Source: Syntrophaceae bacterium UBA1411
GTDB lineage: Bacteria > Desulfobacterota > Syntrophia > Syntrophales > Smithellaceae
Reading direction: 5' to 3'
Length of the DNA: 64,000 nucleotides
Assembly (NCBI GenBank): GCA_002304995.1
Contig: DBPV01000004.1
Location: 1,613 to 65,612, forward strand
Positions 44,142-53,971 of this stretch are shown in pieces. The notes under the pieces were generated by a model. The model ran no database searches, was not told the origin of the DNA, and saw only the letters and a program-made list of their open reading frames with translations. Numbering within the stretch: position 1 is the first letter of the stretch; every line of letters starts with the position of its first letter. The position numbers and the translations under genes are program-made.

Positions 44142-44768
44142 CTAAAACACCCGCTGGAAATCGCGGTCCCGCAGAAGGGTCGTAAAGGCCAGATCGATGA
44201 GCTGGTAGCCGCGCCGTTCCAGTTCGGCCTTGTCTTCGGTGGCGGCCGGCGCCATTGTCACCGTGAAATCCTTGTCCAGTTTCGTTTCGCCTTCCTTGAA
44301 GATAAGCGCCTTGAATTTCAATTCCTGATCGGTCATTGACAGCAGAATAAACTGAAATTCGGCCACTCCCCGGGGCGCCTTGTAGCCGCCGGGACCGGGA
44401 GCGCCCCACCACCAGCCGTGGCGGTAAGGATGGCTGCCATCATAGGTGTAGTCCACGAGAATCACGCCGACATGCTTGAAAGCCTTCTGAAAGCTGTTCC
44501 AGTACAAATTTTCGAGGCTCACGTTGCCTTCATAATTCAGTTTGTTGTCCGGGCTGAAATAGTTGTAGGTTTTGGTATTCTGGGCCTGATTGAAAAAGCT
44601 CGAAAGCACCAGCTTCTTGCCTTTGTAACGGGCAAAGTCGTTTGCCTTGAAGGAAGGGGCGTACTTTTCCTGCGTCATCGTGATTTTCGTGCCGCCCGCG
44701 CAGCCGGTTACAACCAGCGCGAGAATGCAAAAGCCCGCCAGGGCACGCCAGGGAATAATTTTTTTCAT
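44142..44768 (-). CDS. lipoprotein of unknown function
   Basis: Start moved to ATG 44768 (MKKIIPWRALAGFCILALVVTGC...), preceded by AGGAGG. Lipobox LVVTGC. I recognise no family. It contains an unusual HPYRHGWWWGAPGPGGY patch. Confidence 0.6.
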   Translation of the reverse strand: MKKIIPWRALAGFCILALVVTGCAGGTKITMTQEKYAPSFKANDFARYKGKKLVLSSFFNQAQNTKTYNYFSPDNKLNYEGNVSLENLYWNSFQKAFKHVGVILVDYTYDGSHPYRHGWWWGAPGPGGYKAPRGVAEFQFILLSMTDQELKFKALIFKEGETKLDKDFTVTMAPAATEDKAELERRGYQLIDLAFTTLLRDRDFQRVF

Positions 44769-45025
44769 GATCGGTACCTCCTTTGCTTTAATGGTCAAAT
44801 AATAGTGTCGGGAAAATTTTTCAAATCATAGCGGTCAAGAGTTTCCCGTGTCAAGCAAAATGAGGACCGGTTGCGCGCTGCGGAAAGGCTCCCGCAAACG
44901 GACGAACGGATTTTTTTCCGCCGCCTGCCAACAATTTCCTTTGGGGAAGGAAAATCCTGTGCTAAACTTTCCAGGAAACAGAGGCCGTTGCCGCCATCGG
45001 ACGGCGTGCGCGAGGAAAGCGATTC

Positions 45026-45715
45026 ATGCAAAACGAACTCATGAATATCCTGCCGAATGCGGACGACTATGTCATCGGCTTTGCCGACCTGGAAGACCTG
45101 GTCAGACAACATTATCCTTACCGCTACGCCGTGGTGATCGGCAAGAAGCTTGACGATGCGGTCATCGACGGCATCGAACAGGGTCCGACGCCGGTTTACT
45201 ACGACCTGTACCGCGCCACCAACGACGAGCTCAACCTGATCACGGCGAAAATGTGCCGCTTCCTGACACAAAACGGCATCTCCTGCCGCGAGATTAAAGC
45301 CACCGTCCAGGAAGACGACAGGCCGGCGGATTTTGCCCGGACGCTGCGGATGCCTTTTTCGCACAAGATGGCCGCAACCCGCGCCGGACTGGGCTGGATC
45401 GGCAAGACCGATCTCCTGGTATCGGAGCGCTTCGGCCCCCGCCTGCGGCTGGCCACGCTGCTCACCAATCACCGGTTTGCCGAACTGGGCGTTCCCATTG
45501 CCGAAAGCCGCTGCGGCGAGTGCACCATGTGTCTGGAGGCCTGTCCGGCCGGGGCAGCCAGCGGCCGTCTGTGGAACGACGCCACCGACCGCGATGAATT
45601 TTACGACGCCGGCAAGTGCCGCGACGCCTGCCGGCGGCTGTCGCAGGAAAAGCTCAACCGGGAAGTTCATCTGTGCGGCATCTGTGTTTCTGTCTGCCCC
45701 TGGGGCCGGCGGTGA
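45026..45715 (+). CDS. 4Fe-4S cluster protein, epoxyqueuosine-reductase (QueG)/reductive-dehalogenase-like fold, short form
   Basis: 229 aa. The ..AATRAGLGWIGK..L......GPR..LAT.. block resembles QueG. Two ferredoxin-type motifs are present (CGECTMCLEACP, CGICVSVCP). Confidence 0.6.
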   Translation: MQNELMNILPNADDYVIGFADLEDLVRQHYPYRYAVVIGKKLDDAVIDGIEQGPTPVYYDLYRATNDELNLITAKMCRFLTQNGISCREIKATVQEDDRPADFARTLRMPFSHKMAATRAGLGWIGKTDLLVSERFGPRLRLATLLTNHRFAELGVPIAESRCGECTMCLEACPAGAASGRLWNDATDRDEFYDAGKCRDACRRLSQEKLNREVHLCGICVSVCPWGRR

Positions 45716-46074
45716 TGGCCATGACCTCTCCCCGCTGGTACGATGAGCTGCCGATCGGCATCATCACCTGCGACACAAAGGGCGTCATCCTCTGGATGAA
45801 CGACCGGGCGGCGCTCATCTTCCGGCAATCCGGCGGAAGGGATCTCATCGGCAAAAACATGCTCGCCTGCCATCCCGAAGACGCGCAGAAGCAAATCCGG
45901 GACCTCTTCACGACGCAAAAATCGCACGCCTATACCGTTGAAATCCATGGCGTAAAATGGCTGCTTTCCCAGGCGCCCTGGTACGAGAACGGCCGCTTTG
46001 CGGGATACGTTGAATTTCTCCTGACGCTGCCCGATCCACTGAAAACGCTGCCCGGAATCCGCTGGGTCCGCTAG
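45715..46074 (+). CDS. small PAS-domain protein
   Basis: 119 aa from ATG 45715, sharing nucleotide 45715 with the upstream TGA stop (gTGATGg, stop 45713-45715). The sequence ..GIITCDTKGVILWMNDRAALIF....DLIGKNMLACHPE.. is PAS-like. Confidence 0.65.
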   Translation: MAMTSPRWYDELPIGIITCDTKGVILWMNDRAALIFRQSGGRDLIGKNMLACHPEDAQKQIRDLFTTQKSHAYTVEIHGVKWLLSQAPWYENGRFAGYVEFLLTLPDPLKTLPGIRWVR

Positions 46075-46089
46075 CCGGCAAAAATAGTC

Positions 46090-46133
46090 TTGACAAAAAC
46101 ACAAGGACGCCTATTATACCCCCATAGGGTATA
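46090..46133 (+). promoter_or_regulatory. sigma-70 promoter with overlapping 7-5-7 dyad operator
   Basis: TTGACA (46090-46095), 16 nt, TATTAT (46112-46117). The dyad TATACCC-ccata-GGGTATA (46115-46133) overlaps the -10 element, 24 nt before ATG 46157. Confidence 0.55.
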
Positions 46134-46156
46134 AAACGGACAGGAGGAGAGGGATC

Positions 46157-47146
46157 ATGAAAACACATGATGGCCATTTGAGCCGCAGATCGTTTTTAAA
46201 GATCGGCGCGGGCGCGGCGGCCCTGGCCGGCCTGAAATGGCCGAAAACGGCCGGCGCCGCCGATGAGAAGCGTCTGGCGACGCTCATTGACTTAAGCCTG
46301 TGCGACGGATGTCCCGACCGCCCGATGCCGGCCTGTGTCGGCGCCTGCAGGGCCATCAACAAAGACAAAATTCCGCCGGTCGCCAAAAACATTCCCGAAC
46401 CCTGGCCGCGCAAGACCATTGAGGACTGGTCGAAGAAAAAAGAGGTCTTCAACCGTCTGACGCCTTACAATTTCATTTACGTGCACGATGTCCGGATCGA
46501 CGGAAAAACGATTTACGTTCCCCGCCGCTGCATGCACTGCGACAATCCTCCCTGTGCGACCATCTGTCCGTTTTCCGCCAACCACAAAGAGAAAAACGGC
46601 GCGGTGGTCATCGAGCAAAACCAGTGTTTCGGCGGAGCGAAATGCCGGGATGTTTGTCCCTGGGAAATTCCCCAGCGCCAGTCCGGCGTCGGCATTTACC
46701 TGCATGTCCTGCCGGATTTCATGGGCAACGGCGTCATGTACAAATGCGATTTGTGCAACGAGCGACTCCAGGAGGGAAAGCTTCCCGGCTGCGTTGAAGC
46801 ATGCCCCCGCCAGGCCATGCTCATCGGTCCGCGCCGGGAAATTGAAAAAAACGCCCTCGAGCGCGCCCGGGCGATGAACGGCTATCTTTACGGCAAAACG
46901 GAGAACGGCGGAACATCGACCTTCTACGTCTCGCCCGTCTCCTTTGAAAAGATCACCCGGGCGATGGAGAAAAAACCGGGCCGTCCCGACATGAAGCCGG
47001 ATGTCAAAAGGCGCATGGCCGCCACCGATCCGCTGGGCAACGCCGTCCTCGCCGCGCCGGTCCTGGGCGCTGTTGCCGCGGGCGCGCTGGGATGGATTTC
47101 CCGCCGCAAAGCGCAGGGGAAAAAGGAGGGCGAAAATCATGGCTGA
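46157..47146 (+). CDS. Tat-exported 4x[4Fe-4S] ferredoxin-type subunit with C-terminal membrane anchor (FdnH/HybA-like)
   Basis: 329 aa. Twin-arginine signal (SRRSFLK). Four Cys clusters (CDGC...C..AC, CMHCDNPPCATICP, CFGGAKCRDVCP, CDLC...CVEACP). C-terminal TM helix. Confidence 0.85.
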   Translation: MKTHDGHLSRRSFLKIGAGAAALAGLKWPKTAGAADEKRLATLIDLSLCDGCPDRPMPACVGACRAINKDKIPPVAKNIPEPWPRKTIEDWSKKKEVFNRLTPYNFIYVHDVRIDGKTIYVPRRCMHCDNPPCATICPFSANHKEKNGAVVIEQNQCFGGAKCRDVCPWEIPQRQSGVGIYLHVLPDFMGNGVMYKCDLCNERLQEGKLPGCVEACPRQAMLIGPRREIEKNALERARAMNGYLYGKTENGGTSTFYVSPVSFEKITRAMEKKPGRPDMKPDVKRRMAATDPLGNAVLAAPVLGAVAAGALGWISRRKAQGKKEGENHG

Positions 47147-47906
47147 GAAAATTCTTGCCGCAGAAAACCGCGTCGTCCGCCACAGCCGGCTTGAACTGGC
47201 CGAACACTGGGCCATTGCTCTGTCGGGCCTTGTTTTGCTTTTAACCGGCATTTTCGAGCTGCCGGTCGCCAAACGCTACTACATCATCACCGTGCCGGGG
47301 CTGGGCTGGTCGGCCGACTTCATCACCTCCCTTTACCTGCATTACGCAGCGGCCTTTGTGTTCACCGCGGCGGCGCTGTTTCATCTGGTCTATCACGGTC
47401 TTGGCGGCGAAAAGGGACTGCTGCCGCAAAGGGGCGATTTCCGGGCGTCGGTTGCCGTTATCAAAAGTTTCATCGGTCTGGGCAAGGAGCCGCCGCAGCA
47501 CAAGTATCTGCCGGAGCAGCGTCTGGCGTATGCGGGCATGGCATTCATCATTTTGCTCCTGATCGCCTCGGGGCTTGTCAAAACGTATAAAAACATTTAC
47601 GCGCCGGATCTGTCCCATACAGTGCTTCTCTGGGCCACCTGGGCGCACAACATCGGATTTATTTTGTTTTTCCTCGCCTTTCTGGCGCACATGGCGGCTA
47701 TTGCGCTCAAACCCAACTGGCCGATGGTCCGCGGCATCTTCACGGGAAAAGTCCGTCTGGACTATGCGCAACACCGCCATGGCTTGTGGCTGGCCGATCT
47801 GGCGCAAGCCTCCCCGGAGCCGGCCGAACCGCCGGCAGACCAAACAGGCGCCGAAGGGAAAAATCCTCCGCCGCCGGACGGGGAGAAGACAGCCCCCGGA
47901 CCGTGA
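47139..47906 (+). CDS. di-haem cytochrome b subunit (FdnI/PhsC/Ni-Fe hydrogenase cytochrome b family)
   Basis: 255 aa from ATG 47139 (AAGGAGG upstream; 8-nt overlap with the FeS gene). Four TM helices with conserved His residues (HW.., HY.., H.. on helix 4). Pro/Glu-rich C-terminal tail. Confidence 0.8.
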   Translation: MAEKILAAENRVVRHSRLELAEHWAIALSGLVLLLTGIFELPVAKRYYIITVPGLGWSADFITSLYLHYAAAFVFTAAALFHLVYHGLGGEKGLLPQRGDFRASVAVIKSFIGLGKEPPQHKYLPEQRLAYAGMAFIILLLIASGLVKTYKNIYAPDLSHTVLLWATWAHNIGFILFFLAFLAHMAAIALKPNWPMVRGIFTGKVRLDYAQHRHGLWLADLAQASPEPAEPPADQTGAEGKNPPPPDGEKTAPGP

Positions 47907-47917
47907 AAGAAAAATTG

Positions 47918-47946
47918 TTGACACGAACCGCCGGCCTTGCTATAAG
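47918..47946 (+). promoter_or_regulatory. sigma-70 promoter of the trp leader/operon
   Basis: TTGACA (47918-47923), 17 nt, TATAAG (47941-47946). Confidence 0.65.
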
Positions 47947-47969
47947 GCAGCCGTTATTTGGAGAGAGAA

Positions 47970-48047
47970 ATGAAAAACATATCTTTAACCCTGAATTTGA
48001 ATAGCTGGTGGTGGTGGAGCCTCGCCGGGAGGTGCGTCCGCCGCTGA
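47970..48047 (+). CDS. trpL: trp operon leader peptide with four tandem Trp codons
   Basis: ATG 47970, preceded by GGAGAGAG. It encodes MKNISLTLNLNSWWWWSLAGRCVRR*. The TGG codons occupy 48006-48017. The ORF is below the track length cutoff. Confidence 0.8.
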   Translation: MKNISLTLNLNSWWWWSLAGRCVRR

Positions 48048-48069
48048 TCTTTTTGCATAAAAAGTCCAG

Positions 48070-48111
48070 GCCGTGGAGACCCTCTCGGGACTCCACGGCT
48101 TTTTTGTTTTT
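48070..48111 (+). terminator. trp attenuator terminator (first)
   Basis: GCCGTGGAG (48070-48078) pairs with CTCCACGGC (48091-48099), with an inner CCC/GGG stem, followed by TTTTTTgTTTTT. Confidence 0.8.
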
Positions 48112-48120
48112 AAACAATCC

Positions 48121-48158
48121 AAAAGGCCGTGAAAAAAAAATTTTTCCGGCCTTTTTTT
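48121..48158 (+). terminator. second intrinsic-terminator-like hairpin in the trp leader
   Basis: AAAAGGCCG-t-GAAAAA-aaaa-TTTTTC-CGGCC followed by T7. It ends 10 nt before the trpE RBS. Confidence 0.6.
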
Positions 48159-48180
48159 ATTTCGCACGAAGGAGTTGCAA

Positions 48181-49674
<1,494 letters not shown>

Positions 49675-49683
49675 GAGGCGCCG

Positions 49684-50271
49684 ATGATTCTGATGATCGA
49701 CAATTACGATTCCTTTACCTTCAACCTCGTTCAATACCTGGAACAGATGGGCGAAGAGGTCCGGGTGTACCGCAACGACAAAATCACCTGCGACGGCGTC
49801 CGCCGGCTGAAGCCGGAGGCGATTGTGCTCTCGCCCGGCCCCTGTTCGCCCCGGGAGGCGGGCGTCACCGTCGACGTGATCCGCGAATTTTCCGAATCCG
49901 TGCCGCTTTTGGGCATCTGCCTGGGGCACCAGTCCATCGGATTTGCCTTCGGCGGCGAAGTCGTCCGCGCGGACCGCATCATGCACGGCAAAGTGTCGCC
50001 CGTCGAGCACGACGGCAAAACCGTTTTCGCAGGCCTGCCCAATCCCTTTACCGCCGGCCGGTACCACTCGCTGGTAGTGCGGCCCGGATCCCTGCCCGAC
50101 TGTCTGGAGGTGAGCGCCCGGACGGCCGAAGGCGAAATCATGGGGCTGAGGCACAAGCGCTACCCCGTGGAGGGCGTTCAGTTCCACCCCGAATCCGTGC
50201 TGACGCCGCAGGGCAAGCGCATTTTGCGCAACTTTTTAAAAAACATCCGGAGAAAGGAGCAGCATATATGA
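49684..50271 (+). CDS. trpG: anthranilate synthase component II (glutamine amidotransferase)
   Basis: 195 aa. GICLGHQ catalytic Cys and the ..VQFHPES.. His/Glu motif. Confidence 0.95.
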   Translation: MILMIDNYDSFTFNLVQYLEQMGEEVRVYRNDKITCDGVRRLKPEAIVLSPGPCSPREAGVTVDVIREFSESVPLLGICLGHQSIGFAFGGEVVRADRIMHGKVSPVEHDGKTVFAGLPNPFTAGRYHSLVVRPGSLPDCLEVSARTAEGEIMGLRHKRYPVEGVQFHPESVLTPQGKRILRNFLKNIRRKEQHI

Positions 50272-51278
50272 TCAGGGAAGCCATTGACCGGGCCGTCGGA
50301 AGAGTCGATCTTCCGGAGGAAGAAATGATGGCGGCGATGGAAGAAATCATGAACGGCGACGCCACGCCGGCGCAGATCGGTTCGCTCATCACCGCGCTCA
50401 GAATGAAAGGGGAGACGGTCGAGGAAGTGACCGGCGCGGCGCGCATCATGCGCCAGAAAGCCGCGCGCGTCAACGCCTGCGCGAGAACCGTCGTCGATAC
50501 CTGCGGCACCGGCGGCGACAAACTGGGCACGTTCAACATTTCCACGGCGACGGCGTTTGTCGTGGCGGCGGCGGGCATCGTCGTCGCCAAGCACGGCAAC
50601 CGCGCCGTCTCCAGCGGCTGCGGCAGCGCCGACGTTCTCGAAGCCCTGGGCGTCAACATCAGCGTCGATCAGGAAATCGTCGAGGAATGCCTCCAGCAGA
50701 TCGGCATCGGCTTTCTCTTCGCGCCGAAACTGCACGGCGCGATGAAATACGCCATCGGTCCGCGGCGCGAAATCGGCATCCGCACCATCTTCAACATGCT
50801 GGGGCCGCTCACCAATCCCGCAGGCGCCACCGCGCAGCTTCTGGGCGTCTACGATCCGAAGCTCACCGAAATGTTCGCCGATGTTTTGAAAAACATGGGA
50901 ACGAAACGCGCCTTTGTCGTTCACGGAGCGGACGGGCTCGATGAAGTCACCGTCACCGGCGAAACCCGCGTGGCGGAATTAAACGACGGCATCGTCCGGA
51001 CCTACAATATCCATCCGAAAGACTATATCGGCAAAACCTATCCGCTTCGCGACCTCCGGGGCGGCGATCCGGCCGAAAACGCCCGGATCCTCGGCGGCGT
51101 GCTTTCCGGGAAACCGGGCGCCTGCCGGGATGTCGTCCTCCTGAACGCGGCGCTGGCGATTGTGGCGGGGGAGAAAGCGGCGGATATCCGGGAAGGCCTT
51201 CGGGTGGCGGCCGAGTGCATCGACAGCGGCGCGGCGGTTAAAAAATTGCAGGCGCTCATTGAAATGAGCAACGCCTGA
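50268..51278 (+). CDS. trpD: anthranilate phosphoribosyltransferase
   Basis: 336 aa. [17 protein letters not shown] and ..NMLGPLTNP.. motifs. ATGA overlap with trpG. Confidence 0.95.
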   Translation: MIREAIDRAVGRVDLPEEEMMAAMEEIMNGDATPAQIGSLITALRMKGETVEEVTGAARIMRQKAARVNACARTVVDTCGTGGDKLGTFNISTATAFVVAAAGIVVAKHGNRAVSSGCGSADVLEALGVNISVDQEIVEECLQQIGIGFLFAPKLHGAMKYAIGPRREIGIRTIFNMLGPLTNPAGATAQLLGVYDPKLTEMFADVLKNMGTKRAFVVHGADGLDEVTVTGETRVAELNDGIVRTYNIHPKDYIGKTYPLRDLRGGDPAENARILGGVLSGKPGACRDVVLLNAALAIVAGEKAADIREGLRVAAECIDSGAAVKKLQALIEMSNA

Positions 51279-51335
51279 TCCCGTCGCCGCCGGGGCAAAA
51301 AAATTTTTTCAGGAGAAGAAGCGGTTGAGAATAAA

Positions 51336-52121
51336 ATGATTTTAGACAAAATTATCGAAACCAAAAAGGAAGAAGTGGCCGTGTTGAAAAAGACGACGAC
51401 CGTCGAACGCCTGCGGGACGAAATCGCCGGCCGGCCGCCCTGCCGGGATTTCCGCGGCGCCGTCGGCGGCCGGCGCTGCGCCGTCATTGCCGAAGTCAAA
51501 TGCGCCTCTCCGTCGCGCGGGAGGCTGGTGGAGCATTTCGATCCCCTCGCCCTCGCGACAATCTACGCGCAAAACGGCGCGGCGGCGATTTCCGTTTTGA
51601 CGGACGAAAAATATTTTCTGGGCCATAAAGACCATCTGGCGCAAATTCGGCGCGCGGTCCACCTACCGGTTTTGCGCAAGGATTTCATCATCGATCCGCT
51701 GCAGATTTATGAAACGCGGGCGATCGGCGCGGACGCCGTTTTGCTGATCGTCCGCGTGCTGGGACCGATGCTTTCCGCGTTCATCGATCTTGCCCGCACG
51801 CTGGGATTAAGCCCGCTGGTGGAGGTGCACACGGAAGAAGACCTGCGCCTGGCGCTTGGGGCCGGAGCCGAAATCATCGGCATCAACAACCGCAACCTCG
51901 ATACGTTTGTCACGGACATCACGACCAGCCGCGATTTGAAAAAGAGCATTCCGGAAGACAAAACCGTCGTGGCGGAAAGCGCGATTAAGCACCGGGCCGA
52001 CATCGACTATCTGATGAACGAAGGCATCAAGGCGTTTCTGATCGGGGAAGGACTGGTGACCGCGCCGGACATCGGTTGCAAGCTGCAGTCTTTTCTGGGG
52101 AGCAACGGCCAATGCAGGTGA
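51336..52121 (+). CDS. trpC: indole-3-glycerol-phosphate synthase
   Basis: 261 aa. ..IAEVKCASPS.., ..LRKDFIIDP.Q.., ..IGINNRNL.. motifs. Confidence 0.93.
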   Translation: MILDKIIETKKEEVAVLKKTTTVERLRDEIAGRPPCRDFRGAVGGRRCAVIAEVKCASPSRGRLVEHFDPLALATIYAQNGAAAISVLTDEKYFLGHKDHLAQIRRAVHLPVLRKDFIIDPLQIYETRAIGADAVLLIVRVLGPMLSAFIDLARTLGLSPLVEVHTEEDLRLALGAGAEIIGINNRNLDTFVTDITTSRDLKKSIPEDKTVVAESAIKHRADIDYLMNEGIKAFLIGEGLVTAPDIGCKLQSFLGSNGQCR

Positions 52122-52765
52122 AAATTTGCGGCATCACCAATCTGGAAGATGCGCTCTTCGCGGCCCAATACGGCGCTGCGGCGCTGGGATTTATTTTTTA
52201 TCCCCCCTCGCCGCGCTTTGTCGCGCCGCAAAAGGCCAGAGACATTATCGCAGGCCTGCCTGCGCATCTGGTCAAAGTCGGCGTCTTCGTCAATGAAAAA
52301 AAGGACGTCATCGACCGGATCTTTGAAGATTGCCGCCTGGACATGCTGCAGCTCCACGGCGATGAATCGCCCGCGTTTTGCCGTCAATTTCCGGGCCGCC
52401 GAATCATCAAGGCGCTGGAGCTCAAAAGCGACGGAGATCCGGACCAGGCCGCCGCTTTCGAAACCGCCGCCATCCTGGTCGATGCCCGGCAGGCCGGGCT
52501 TTACGGAGGAACGGGCAGGACGGCCAACTGGGAACTCGCCTGCCGGATGCCCCGGCCGGTGATCCTCTCAGGGGGCCTCACCGAAGACAACGTTCTTGAC
52601 GGATTGCGGAAAGTCAAGCCTGTGGCGCTCGACATCAACAGCGGCGTGGAAGAAAGACCCGGCAAAAAGAACGCCGCCAAAATTGCGCGGATGATGCAGA
52701 TCATTCAGCAGGAGACAGCAGGCGATGCGTCGCCGCAAATCTTTGTGCGAAGGGAACAGCAATGA
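52112..52765 (+). CDS. trpF: phosphoribosylanthranilate isomerase
   Basis: Real start is ATG 52112 ([10 protein letters not shown]...), with a 10-nt overlap with trpC. ..LQLHGDE.. and ..ILSGGL... motifs. Confidence 0.9.
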   Translation: MQVKICGITNLEDALFAAQYGAAALGFIFYPPSPRFVAPQKARDIIAGLPAHLVKVGVFVNEKKDVIDRIFEDCRLDMLQLHGDESPAFCRQFPGRRIIKALELKSDGDPDQAAAFETAAILVDARQAGLYGGTGRTANWELACRMPRPVILSGGLTEDNVLDGLRKVKPVALDINSGVEERPGKKNAAKIARMMQIIQQETAGDASPQIFVRREQQ

Positions 52766-53943
52766 AAACATTACCGGATAAAAAAGGGCATTTTGACATT
52801 TTTGGCGGCCGCTATGCCGCAGAAACATTGATGCCGGCGCTTCTGGAGCTGGAAGAGGCCTACGCCGGCGCCCGCAGGGACAAATCGTTTGAGCAGGAAT
52901 TCGCCGCGTACCGCCGCGACTACGCAGGCCGGCCGACGCCGCTTTACCCGGCGCAGAGGATGACCCGGACTCTGGGAGGAGCAAAGATTTACCTCAAGCG
53001 CGAGGATTTGAACCACACCGGTTCGCACAAGATCAACAACACGCTGGGGCAGGCGCTTCTTGCCAGACGGATGGGCAAGAAAAAGGTCATCGCCGAAACG
53101 GGCGCGGGGCAGCACGGCGTCGCCACCGCCACTGTCGCGGCGCTCTTCGGCATGGAGTGCAAAATCTTCATGGGCGAGGAAGACATCCGGCGCCAGGCGC
53201 CCAACGTCTTCCGCATGAAAATTCTGGGCGCGGAAGTGGTGCCGGTGAAAAGCGGAACGGCCACGCTCAAAGACGCCATGAACGAAGCCATGCGCTACTG
53301 GGTGGGCAGCGTCCGCGACACGTTCTACATCATCGGTACGACTGCCGGGCCGCACCCCTATCCCATGATGGTGCGCAATTTCCAGTCGGTCATCGGCCGG
53401 GAAATCAAGCGGCAGCTCGCGCACCGGGAAGGACGGGGGCCGGATGCGCTGGTGGCCTGCGTGGGCGGCGGCTCCAACGCCATGGGCACGTTTTATCCCT
53501 TCCGCAACGATCCGGCCGTAAAAATGTTCGGCGTCGAAGCGGCAGGCCGCGGCCTTGCCACGTCCGAGCATTCCGCCAGCATCAGCGGCGGGAAGATCGG
53601 CGTCCTGCACGGCAACAAAACCTATCTCCTGCAGGACGAACACGGCCAGGTGCGCGACGCGTATTCCATCGCCGCCGGCCTCGACTATCCCGGCGTGGGG
53701 CCGGAGCACGCCTACTTTGCCGCCGTCGGGCGCGTTTCTTACGTCGCGGTAACGGACAAGGAAGCGGTCGAGGCGTTTTTGTTTTTGTCGCGCCAGGAAG
53801 GCATCATTCCGGCGCTGGAAAGCGCGCACGCGATTGCCCATGCTCTGAAGATCGCGCCGTCGATGAACAAAAACGAAATTATCGTCATTTGTCTGTCCGG
53901 CCGCGGCGACAAGGACGCCCAGACGATTATGGAAACCCTTTAG
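52762..53943 (+). CDS. trpB: tryptophan synthase beta chain
   Basis: 393 aa. ..[16 protein letters not shown].. PLP-lysine motif and ..GGGSNA.. motif. ATGA overlap with trpF. Confidence 0.96.
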   Translation: MKTLPDKKGHFDIFGGRYAAETLMPALLELEEAYAGARRDKSFEQEFAAYRRDYAGRPTPLYPAQRMTRTLGGAKIYLKREDLNHTGSHKINNTLGQALLARRMGKKKVIAETGAGQHGVATATVAALFGMECKIFMGEEDIRRQAPNVFRMKILGAEVVPVKSGTATLKDAMNEAMRYWVGSVRDTFYIIGTTAGPHPYPMMVRNFQSVIGREIKRQLAHREGRGPDALVACVGGGSNAMGTFYPFRNDPAVKMFGVEAAGRGLATSEHSASISGGKIGVLHGNKTYLLQDEHGQVRDAYSIAAGLDYPGVGPEHAYFAAVGRVSYVAVTDKEAVEAFLFLSRQEGIIPALESAHAIAHALKIAPSMNKNEIIVICLSGRGDKDAQTIMETL

Positions 53944-53966
53944 GGAACGCTCGCGAGCGTTCCCTA
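53941..53966. repeat. perfect 26-bp palindrome spanning the trpB stop codon
   Basis: TAGGGAACGCTCG|CGAGCGTTCCCTA. The two 13-nt halves are exact reverse complements, and the first TAG is the trpB stop. No U-tract follows. Confidence 0.9.
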
Positions 53967-53971
53967 AACAA

